Origin: Marsupella aquatica
Taxonomy: Eukaryota; Plantae; Marchantiophyta
Length of the DNA: 64,000 nucleotides
Reading direction: 5' to 3'
Assembly: GCA_973895155.1 (NCBI GenBank)
Contig: OZ316892.1
Location: 7,051,251-7,115,250, forward strand
This document shows positions 47,073 to 57,139 of the stretch, piece by piece. The position numbers and the translations under genes were made by a program. The notes beneath the pieces are model-generated. The model was not told the origin of the DNA. It ran no database searches and saw only the letters and a list, made by a program, of their open reading frames with translations. Each line of letters begins with the position of its first letter. Within the stretch, counting starts at the first letter, position 1.

Positions 47073-47351
47073 TCTTACTATAAAAGCGCAAACAAAGTCT
47101 ACTCTTAAGGCCCTAGGGTCTAGAGTGAGCCTCTAGACCATAACCCCAGTACAGACAAAACTGATCATGAATCTCAATAAAACAAAACTTAAAATGAGGA
47201 TGTACAAAAATGATATTAACTTCAAACAAAGACAAAACTGCAATGAGGGTGGACAAATGATGGGACAAAGATTAATGGAATAGCATAGAAATATTATTGT
47301 GCAATTTGTTTTCTTCATATTTAACTTTCAAGGAACAGGTAATTGGGCTAG
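47073..47351 (+). mobile_element. Complete short non-autonomous Helitron-like element (~280 bp)
   Basis: 5' A|TCTTACTATAAAAG, 3' ...TTCAAGGAACAGGTAATTGGGCTAG|T, no TSD, AT target. Relatives lie at ~22063, ~29060, ~39150, ~47430, 59709, 59795 and ~62180. Confidence 0.7.
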
Positions 47352-47429
47352 TATGAGTGAATAATGTTCTCAAAAAAGTAATAAAATGCACTTTTTTGTC
47401 CTCCCCAAACCTGGTGGATAGTGGTGGTA

Positions 47430-47686
47430 TAAGGGCCTAGGTCTAGGGTGAAACCTCTAGACAGTAACTCCCAATATAGACAAACATGATAATGAGTCTC
47501 ACCAAGGACAGAACTTAAAATGTGGATGGACAAAGGTGACATTGACTCTAAATAAAGACAAAACTGAAATGAGGATGAACTAAAAACAAGGATGGGCAAA
47601 TCAACTAAAATAGCATAGATTTGTTTTTGTGCAAGATCTGTTTTCTTCATATCTCTTTATGTTCCAGGAAGGAGTAATGGTGCTAG
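47430..47686 (+). mobile_element. Second, 5'-degenerate Helitron-like copy in tandem
   Basis: Core GGTCTAGGGTGAAACCTCTAGA...; ends TTCCAGGAAGGAGTAATGGTGCTAG|T. Confidence 0.6.
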
Positions 47687-47689
47687 TGT

Positions 47690-48204
47690 AGGTAACGAGG
47701 GGACCTTAACCCAAGACTTCACTCCTCTAGCGAAAACATGTCGTCTATAAAGGTAAACAGGGCTAGTATAGGTAACGAGGTGACCTTAACCCAAGACTTC
47801 ACTCCTCTTGCAAAAATATCTCATCTATAGAGGTAACCACGTGACCTTAATTAACCCACGACCTCACTCCTCTTGCGAAAACATCTCGTCTATAGAGGCA
47901 ACCAGGTGACCTTAACCCAAGACTTCACTCCTTAACTTGAGTGAGGGCGAACACTGTACCTGCCGGAACTGACAGCATCAGAGCAAACCACGACTTCACT
48001 CCTCTTGCGAAAACATCTAGTCTATAGAGGTAACCAGAGGACCTTAACCCAAGACTCCTCTTGCAAAAACATCTCATCTATAGAGGTAACCAGGGGCCTT
48101 AACCCAAGACTTCACTCCTCTTGCAAAAACATCTCATCTATAGAGGTAACCACGTGACCTTAACCCAAGACTTCACTCCTCTTGCGAAAACATCTTGTCT
48201 ATAG
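47690..48204. repeat. 61-bp tandem array, left part (split by the copia insertion)
   Basis: Unit TATAGAGGTAACCAGGTGACCTTAACCCAAGACTTCACTCCTCTTGCAAAAACATCTCATC, about 7 variably degenerate copies. Confidence 0.9.
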
Positions 48205-48501
48205 TGTGGGGAGAAATCAGATCAGGAAAAACACTCCAAACATACACGAGGTTGGCTACGTCCATGGGAAGACCAAGCTTTATTAACGGTTATGTGTCTA
48301 CTTAAGTATCACCATAGCTCTCATCTCTTCAAGCTCTCATCTCTTGCTATATCACTATGTTCTCTCTTGAGAACTCTCTTGTGTGTTCTCACACCACATA
48401 GAAGTTGAAGAGATAAGGATCAATCTCTTCAACTAGGGTTTACTCTAACCCTAGTTAACATACTAACCATAGTTCAACCCAAGACTGAGTTAACCTCTAC
48501 A
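48205..48501 (-). repeat. 3' LTR of the copia element (297 bp)
   Basis: Matches 54096-54419 except for a 27-bp indel and ~18 substitutions (hand count). Confidence 0.95.
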
Positions 48502-48695
48502 AACTCCCCCTTGACTCACGTCTTGGGAGGGTTCATAACATTGTCTTTTCCTTACAAGTTCCTCCGCGGGAAGTTCAAGACAGTAGGGCCAAAAGACCCT
48601 CCCCCTAATGCAAGGGTTAACTAGAACTAAGCCGTAACCGATAAGCCATCGGATGGAGTACTCATATAGAGACATTTTCTTGGTTAACTCTATAT

Positions 48696-51600
48696 TTACA
48701 ATATTTGTAAATGATTACAATGCCTTGAAAAACTATTGGAGTCTAATACTTTGGTAAAAGCATCCGTTGGATTAAGCTTTTCATCAATCTTGACAAGCTC
48801 AAACTCATCATCCGATAATGCCTGTCGGATGAAATGATAGCGGACATCAATGTGCTTTACCCTACCATCCATCACCTGATTCTTGGCAGTGTAAATTGCA
48901 CTTTGACTGTCACAATGAAGATAGACACAATCTTGTGATAAGCCCATCTTCGTGACAAGCTTTTTCAACCAAATGGACTGATTATGCTTCTACTGCCGCT
49001 ACATACTCGGCATCCGTAGTAGACTTTGCAACACACTTTTGGAGAGTAGACTTCCAACTAATGTATCCACCAGCAAGTGTAAATACATATCCAGTTGTCG
49101 ATCTCCTCTTATCCAGATCACCTGCGTAGTCTGCATCCACATAACCTTGAAGCACTTTCATATTGTGTGAACTTGCATCAAACAATAAACCCTTCTTAGT
49201 GGAACCTCTGATGTAGCCCAAAATCCATTTCACTGCTTCCCAATGAACTTTCCTGGATTTGCCATGTATCTGCTTACCTTGCTAACGGCATAAGCTATGT
49301 CTGGTCGGGTGCATACCATGAGATACATTAAACTACCCACAACACTTTCATAAGGAACTTTGGACATCAAACTTTTTTTTGTCGCATCCGATGGACAAAA
49401 TGCTGCAGAAATATTGAAATGCCTTGCCAAAGGAACACTCACAGCCTTAGCATCTGCCATGTTGAATTTTGAGAGTACCTTCTCTACATATCTTTTCTAC
49501 GTTAGCCAAAGTTTGGCTTTGTTAACATCCCTGACAATCTCCATGCCTAGGATCCTCTTCACTGTGCCCAAATCCTTCATCTTAAACTCAGAACTGAGTT
49601 GGGCCTTAAGCTTATCAACTTCGCCCCTATCCTGTGCTGCAATGAGCATGTCATCCACATAAAGTACAAGGATGACAAGCTTAAAACCTATGTTGTTCAC
49701 ACGCCTGATGTAAACACATGGATCGTACACACTTCGCACAAATCCAAGCGATTTCAAAAATTCATCAAAACGCTTGTTCCATTGCCTCTCAGGGGTCTCA
49801 CTACATGGGGACCCATCATCTGTGATGTTTTTAGGCCTTGGACCCCCTAAAATGTAAGAAAAAAATATTTTTAAACCCCTAGAAAGTTGGAATATTCTTG
49901 GAATATTCCAAAAATTGGATTAAAAAGGCCCTAATGTTCTTATAAGTTTCAAAATTGAATTTAAAAGACCCTATTGTTCTTCTACAAAAATTCTTAAGTC
50001 TTCCCTTACAACCAATAAAATGACCCTATCCTTCGTCGCACGTGATATGCCATTTTTGTGGAAGTGAAACCCCTGAGCACTGCCTTGGGCTCTGCTTTAA
50101 TTCATACAAGGATTTTAGCAACTTGCATACCAAATTTTCTTTGCCCTTTTGCACAAAACCCTCTGGTTGCCTCATGTAAATCACCTCATCCAACGATCCA
50201 TATAAGAATGCCGTGACAACATCCATTTGATCTAAAACCAGATCAAATAAAACTACAAGAGCACATAGCAAACGTATTGTTGAATACTTTGCTACGGGTG
50301 AAAAAACCTCATTGTAGTCTATACCTTTTTGTTGAGTAAAATCCTTGGCTACCAACCGAGCCTTAAGTATCTTCTCAGCATCCTCCGTGGGTCCATCTTT
50401 CTTCCTATACACCCACTTGCTTGTCACTAGGTAGACTTGTGAGTTCTCAAGTCTTGTTATCATGAAGTGATTTCATTTCCATGCGCATCGCCGCCTGCCA
50501 CTGTTGCTTCTCCGTAGAAGCTAGGACCTCTCAAAATGAGGATGGATCTCCATCTTCATCCAAATCCACATGATCAGAAGGAAGCCAAGTTCCATACCTT
50601 TCCCGGGCTTGACGTTTACGATTTCCTCTTCGCACTGAAGACTCTGGCTGATCTGATTGTAGTGCGCTTTGCCTTATAGTAGTGTCAACATATTCTTCAT
50701 TTGACACATCCTTTCCCCTTAAATCATCTAGAGGAGGAGATTGCTCTTTGTTAGTAGTCGGAAATTGACCTATCTCCCCCTCCTTCAATGATTTTTCTTC
50801 ATTGAAGGATACATCCCAACTAACAAGTAATTTGCAATCAACTGGATCCCACAACCGATAACCTTTAACTTCACGCTGATAACCAAGAAAAATGCATTTC
50901 TGGGCTCTAGGATCTAGCTTTGTCCTATTGTTGCTAGGAACATGTGCATATGTTTCACAGCCAAAAATCCTAAGCTTTGAATAATCAGTAGGTCGATTGT
51001 GCCATAACTCAAAGGGGGTTTTGTAAGTAATTGCCCGACTAGGAGAGAGATTTACTAGATAAGCAGCTATGTTGACAACTTCTGCCCAAAAGATTTATGG
51101 CAATTTAGAGTGGCTCAACATGCTCCTTGCTCGCTCCAACAATGTGCGGTTGAGTCGCTCAGCAACACCATTTTTCTCAGGAGTGTACACAGTTGTGAGA
51201 TGGTGAGTAATTCCCTTATTTGCACAATACGTGTTGAACTCGCCAGAGGTGTATTCACCACCATTATCTGATCGTAGATATCTCACATTCTTTGTAGTCT
51301 GTGTCTCAACTTGAGCTACCCATTGTTTGAAGATGGAAAGCACTTCAAACTTATGGGCAATGAAATAAATTCAAACAAACGTTGAGTAATCATCGATAAA
51401 CGATACATAGTATTGTTTGCCTGAATGTGAGAAAACCGGAGTAGGACCCCACACATCGGAATGAATATACTCAAGTACAACTTTAGAATGATGAATGGCA
51501 GTTGGAAATGGAGTTCTTGTTTTCTTGCCGACAATGCAATGATCACAACAACTCAACTTGCATGCTTGCAATCCTGGTAGGAGATGTCGCTTGTGTAGGA

Positions 51601-52974
51601 TTTCCAAACTTTTTTCACTCATGTGACCAAGCCGAGCATGCCATAAATTGATTTTCTCCTCATGAGATGTGACCAAATTGACTTCGGCAAGAAGGGTGGT
51701 GCCTTCCAAGACATAGATGTTTCTTTTCCTCTTGCCAATAAGAACTTCAGTTGATCCATGCGTGACTGTTAACACCCCAGCAGTTGCACTCCATTGATAA
51801 CCCTTCGCATCCAAGTAGCCAAGAGAAATCAAATTCTTACACATTTCTAGAATGTGTCTGACATTTGATAGAATACAGTACTTGCCATCGGGTAGTTGAA
51901 TCTTTACGGATCCAATCCCAAAAACTTTGCAAGAATGATTATTTCCCATCAAAACAGATCTGTTGATAGGAGTGTAGGATGAGAAAAGTTCACGCATATA
52001 ACACATGTGATACGAGCAAGCGGAATCCAAGATCCATTAACAATCCTCAACTTGGGAAGTGGTACACAATGCAAATCCTTCACTATCCTCTTCTCGAACA
52101 ACTACTTGGGCTGGAGAACCGACAACTTCCTTGAATGTGTCTTTGACACGACAATCCTTCTTCATGTGGCCCACTTTGTCACACTTCCAACACTTTATCT
52201 CACGAGTAGACCTGGATGGTGATTTGGATCGAGATCTAGATCTGGATCTAAACCTCCTCCTACCAAAAGATCGGTCGTGGAACCTTCCTCGCTCCATGGG
52301 AAGTGGGTTAAACCTTTTGTTTTCATGAGATGGCTCCCTTGATTTGCCTCTTTCTACCAACAGTGCTGTTGATGATGAGGTTGAGGTAGGATGAGCAGCT
52401 TAGACTGCATGTCATTGGTCAACAGGGCACTCACCACATCATTGTAGAATATAGTTGTCTTATCACGGAATAGAAGAACTCGAGACAAAGATTGGTACGA
52501 AGGTGGTAGTGAGCTCAAGAGTTGTAAGGATTTCTTTTCTTCGCTCAAATGCTCCCCCAAATTCTCTAGGTCAACCACAAGATCATTGAACTGATCGATA
52601 TGATCTTGAATCTTGACTCCATCAGCCATTTTGAATTGCATGAGCTTCAGGCTTGCATACATTCGGTTTGACATCTCCTTCTTGTAGTACTTGTTGTGCA
52701 ATGCTTGAAACAAGTCCGTCACCGTTTGTGTTGCTTTTTCCTTGAACTGCTTTTTCACATTGTTTTTCAGGTACATGCCAACAATACTTACCGCTTGATC
52801 CTGGAGATCATGCCAATCATCATCTTCCATCTCCTTGGGTTCAGATCTTAGTACCTTGCCTAGGCCCATCGCTCTAAGTGCATCCCTCACGTTACGTTCC
52901 CACATTGTATAGTCCATCCGACCATCAAAATTTTCCACCTCAAACCTTTGACCTCCAATCCTAGTAGTCGCCAT
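48696..52974 (-). pseudogene. Disrupted copia gag-pol polyprotein
   Basis: Gag (FEVENFDG..Y..W), zinc knuckle CWKCDKVGHMKKDC, protease (W)ILDSACSYHM, integrase (LWHARLGHMS, IHSDVWGP, LRSDNGGEY, NGVAERLNRTL), RT ([23 protein letters not shown]) and RNase H (GYVDADYAGD, CDSQSAI, KHIDVRYHFIR). Broken by several stops and frameshifts and a MITE. Confidence 0.93.
49788..50077. mobile_element. 290-bp hAT-type MITE inserted in the copia RT domain
   Basis: 15-bp TIR CTCAGGGGT(C/T)TCACT; 8-bp TSD CATTGCCT/CACTGCCT (1 mismatch). Removing it restores LKQSPRQWNKRFDEF. Confidence 0.92.
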
Positions 52975-54095
52975 CGCTGGAATGCCAAATGTAGTGTGGA
53001 GTCGTCTTCCAACAAGAATTAAACGTCGAATGCTCAGATGTGGGGTGTGAAAATAAGGCCAAAAATGAAAGTTGGTGAATTTTGAAACTGATCACTCCTA
53101 TGTGTAGCCCACAAGATAACGCTCCAAATTCTGAAAACGGTTTGTCAAATGGACTCTCGAGTGCCAAGACTTTTACTCCGACCGGAGGGGGGTAAAAGAT
53201 GAAATAATTACCCCTCGAGGGAATCTCTTATGCCAAAGATTCCACTAGTATATTTTTTCAGAATTGAACGCACCAATACTTGCCTAGCTTCCCCAAGTAC
53301 GCCTCTCCAAAAATTGAAGTTGATCCGATTTTATTTGCTGCTCGGAATCTTTGACCTTCGGTAAAAATTTAAGCCTCTAGAAAAGAATCTTTTTGGGAAA
53401 TTCTGTCCGCCCTTGTACAGCCCCTGTGGGGGACTTCACAGGGGGCACTTCCCCCTGCTCGAGCCCTGTCGAGCCCTAAAAGGCCTCCTCGAAGTTTTTG
53501 ACCTCCTCGCGCGTCCGTGAAAGTCGCGACTTCTCGTGGCAGAATGTACCCCTCGGCAAATTCACTCAAATTCCCGTCTCAGTTTGGATTTCGTCTCAGA
53601 AACTAGACTTCGAGGGCATCAAGATTGATATAAAGAACTCGCAAAATGGTGGAGTAATGAGGGAGAAACAATTCGGTGAAAGTGACTGATATTAAGTTAT
53701 CCACCATAGTCAAAATTTCGAGCTCAAAAAACGAGAATTGAAATTAAGATTGCTTCTCAACTGTTTGACGGAATTCAACGATGTTGATATCGAAACGTCT
53801 AGAAAGACAAGGCGCTCAAGCGTATCTCAGTTTCAAGTCCCAATAGAACAATCAAAAAGACTGATCTGAGAAATTGACCTTATCTCTTGCCCGATAACGT
53901 AAATTGAAAACCGTCACTTACAATTGTTTCCATTTCTGACCTCAGGCCTTCATTGCTTCACTGAAATGAGCCCCCGGTTGTGTGCTCCACACTTGTGAGA
54001 AGATTGAGTCCGATCTTCTTTCAATAACTCCGCTTCGAAGAGGAAATCATCCGCTGTTCCTAATCGACTGAAAAAATCTGAATTCTGATACCAAT

Positions 54096-54419
54096 TGTGG
54101 GGAGAAATCAGATCAGGAAAAACACTCCAAACATACACGTGCTCAATAGTTACGTGGTTCGCCTCAAGGTTGGCTACGTCCACGAGAAGACCAAACTTTA
54201 TTAACGGTTATGTGTCTACTCAAACATCACCATAGCTCTTATCTCTTCAAGCTCTCATCTCTTGTTATATCATTGTATTTTCTCTTGAGAACTCTCTTTT
54301 GTGTTCTCACACCACATAGAAGTTGAAGAGAGAAGGACCAATCTCTTCAACTAAGATTTACTCTAACCCTAGTTAACATACTAACCATAATTCAACCCAA
54401 GACTGAGTTAACCTCTACA
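54096..54419 (-). repeat. 5' LTR of the copia element (324 bp)
   Basis: TG...CA ends, adjacent to the PBS; contains 27 bp missing from the other LTR. Confidence 0.95.
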
Positions 54420-54681
54420 TATAGAGGCAACCAGGTGACCTTAACCCAAGACTCCTCTTGCAAAAACATCTCATCTATAGAGGTAACCAGGTGACCTTAA
54501 CCCAAGACTTCACTCCTCTTGCAAAAACATGTCATCTATAGAGGTAACCAGGTGACCTTAACCCAAGACTTCACTCCTCTTGCAAAAACATCTCATCTAT
54601 AGAGGTAACCAGGTGAGCTTAACCCGAGACTTCACTCCTTAACTCGAGTGAGGGTGAACGCTCTAGACAGCATCAGAGCAA
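54420..54681. repeat. 61-bp tandem array, right part, directly upstream of the Sec61 gamma leader
   Basis: Units start at 54420 (56-bp variant), 54476, 54537 and 54598, and end in the same terminal cassette seen at 47924-47986. Confidence 0.9.
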
Positions 54682-54993
54682 TTGTCTCCGTTTGTAGCGT
54701 TCTCCGTTTTCAGTTGTGTGGTTTTTGTATCGTTTTCAGTTGTTTGTCACAGAAAAGAAAAACTTGCTCCGCTCGCTGCTCGCTACCTGCCTTGCGCCGG
54801 CGCGAACGAAAGAGAGAAGACAGAAAGCGCGAGCGAGACTGATTTGAGGAGCCGGAAGGACGCACCACCGACTTAAGTTTACCGAGGTTGTGATTGATTT
54901 AGCTGCCGATCCAGATTGCGGAAGCGAGGAAGAAAGAAAGGAAAGGAAAGAAAGGAAAGAAAAAGCAGGAAGGAAGAAAGAAAGGAGGGAAAA

Positions 54994-55203
54994 ATGGAAG
55001 CAGTCGACAGTGTCGTGAGACCGGTGAAGGATTTCGCGAAGGACAGCATCCGCCTGGTGAAGCGGTGCCACAAGCCGGACCGCAGGGAGTTCACGAAGGT
55101 GGCCACGAGAACCGCGATCGGCTTCGTGGTCATGGGATTCATCGGCTTCTTCGTGAAGCTCATCTTCATTCCCATCAACAACATCATCGTGGGCTCCGGA
55201 TAG
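54994..55203 (+). CDS. SEC61G: Protein transport protein Sec61 subunit gamma, 69 aa, intronless CDS
   Basis: [69 protein letters not shown], the canonical plant SecE/Sec61 gamma sequence; AAAATGG start context. Confidence 0.97.
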   Translation: MEAVDSVVRPVKDFAKDSIRLVKRCHKPDRREFTKVATRTAIGFVVMGFIGFFVKLIFIPINNIIVGSG

Positions 55204-55888
55204 ACAGATAGATGGCTAAATGCATCCTGAATCCGTCTTTAAATTGTGGTCTGTAATGTATTCCACTCGAACTCCTCAGATCTCATTTTCAGGAGCAAAA
55301 TTTCGTCATATTGTCCAAGCAGAGGAAAGTTTCACTTTAGGGTTTCGAGTTGGAGAGATGTATATTTTTACTCCACTTGTAGGCGTTGGAGTTGCATTCT
55401 AGCGGATAAATCTGACCCATCGTGGCATTTATAATTGGGAAAGGTCGGGTCCGCGTGATGAGGATGATTGGGCTCCGGGATTGGCCCCTGCGACGGAATG
55501 TTTTGTTTGTAGAAGCCCTATTGAACACGGCAGTCGGCAGACGGCAGACACTCTACTTCGATGCGCTCTTAGTTATGTGGTGCAATGTGAATATTGTGGG
55601 TCCATTGGCTCTGAACTCGGCCAAGAGTGCAATTGTCGTGTCATTCATGGGACAATGCTGTCCTAGTTTTCAAATAAATCAGAACGAAGTTGCTCACATG
55701 TGGTACTAGCTCGTCCCTAGTACTGATCGTACTCTGTGGATGAATCTGAGTATAGTAATGCCACCGCCGTGTTGAAGTAGGACTTTCGGCTAACCTCTCC
55801 ATTCTTGAGTGGTATTGAAAAGCTGCAACACCGTGCATTAAGTTTTCTAGGGTCTTGAATTGGTGGATTAATGCAGTCTTTTCGGTCA

Positions 55889-56004
55889 AACTTGGAAATT
55901 TGAAAATGTCAAGATCTCACATAGATGATTCTTCGGGTAGTATTGGCAGCGGAACTTGGAAATTTGAAAATGTCAAGATCTCACATAGATGATTCTTCGG
56001 GTAG
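55889..56004. repeat. 52-bp direct duplication (period 64) between the 3' ends of Sec61 gamma and ARV1
   Basis: AACTTGGAAATTTGAAAATGTCAAGATCTCACATAGATGATTCTTCGGGTAG at 55889 and 55953. Confidence 0.9.
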
Positions 56005-57139
56005 CGGTCTCATCCCTTGTTGCAGGTCTGTTTGAGTCCATACTGCCCTGGGGTCCAGAAATGGTCACAGAAGACATGATTCCATAATTTGGCAAAGGTT
56101 CAAATGGATACTAATGCGTGCGAGGGATGTGAGAACGGTTGCATAAAGTGGACTGACTGCGGGGCACGGAACTGATGAGCAATTGTAGGTAAAGACGGTT
56201 GCAATGAAGACACAGGCGTCCCATCCTTCAGTGCGCAAGTTGAAATCCATTGCGTCCAGCTACCAAAATTTGACACCTTCGATTGATGCATTCTGTGGAT
56301 AATTGCGGGTTGACCATGTGTGGGAACTCTTCAACTGTGGGCCAATAAATTGGGAGTCAAAAGCAGAATCTAGGAGGTATTTAATTTCCTTCTGGGAATT
56401 AGGAGAGTCGACCCAATGATCTCAAAGAAGTAATAGGTTCCGACTCTGAGAAAGTTGCCGAAGCTAATCAAACGTGTCTGTGCAGGGTGATAATTATAAT
56501 CACAAATTCAAGTATCTAAAAGTAAACTATATTCAATCTAGTTGCATGAGAAAGCTTTTCAACAAACCATTTGTACACAATGACAACTTCCCGAATTTAA
56601 TTAGAACACTTATGCAGAATTCTTACATGTGCAAAACAACTGGGAACAGCATCCACCACTTCCGCTTCAAATGCAAGAACTTAAGTTTTGAGACTTCGGG
56701 AGCATTCGATAACTTGTTAGCGTATACGGGAGACATCCAGGAATCAGTCCTGAAATTCAGGCAACCATGGACCCAAGAACTGCTTGTATATTTAATATTG
56801 CGTGCCAATGTGGCATTTCAAACGAATCAACAACCGATCGAACTCAAAGTTCAACTGATTTAAACCGCGCAACTAATTATCCCAAATTAGGCAGGATAAA
56901 GTGAACTAATCGAAAGGGGTGAGGCCAGATGAATAGCTCCAACAAATTTTGGCGAGGTGGCATTAGGAGGAACCTGGCATTGGGATTAGAAGCAAGTATA
57001 CCGTCAGGCCAAGTATTGGGGTGAAAAATGGGGCAAGTTTCTGGTGTTGATGTGAAGACATCAAATCCCAGGAACTCCCATAAATGAAGTACCTTGAGGA
57101 GTTGAATCCAGTGCATCGGAACTAACTACACATCCGTCG

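Larger units (their letters stand above)
48205..54419 (-). mobile_element. Full-length but decayed Ty1/copia LTR retrotransposon (~6.2 kb)
   Basis: TG...CA LTRs at 54096-54419 (5') and 48205-48501 (3'). 5-bp TSD TATAG at 48200-48204 and 54420-54424. PBS TGGTATCAGA (tRNA-iMet) beside the 5' LTR; PPT AAGGGGGAGTT at 48502-48512. Domain order gag-PR-IN-RT-RH. Confidence 0.97.

Noticed and set aside
47690-54681. 61-bp repeats as a CRISPR-like array
   Set aside because: Units are contiguous near-identical copies with no unique spacers, there are no cas genes, and the context is eukaryotic.
54736-55187. - strand ORFs of 111 and 102 aa over Sec61 gamma
   Set aside because: Shadow frames caused by the GC3-rich CDS and the purine-rich leader; no recognisable motif.
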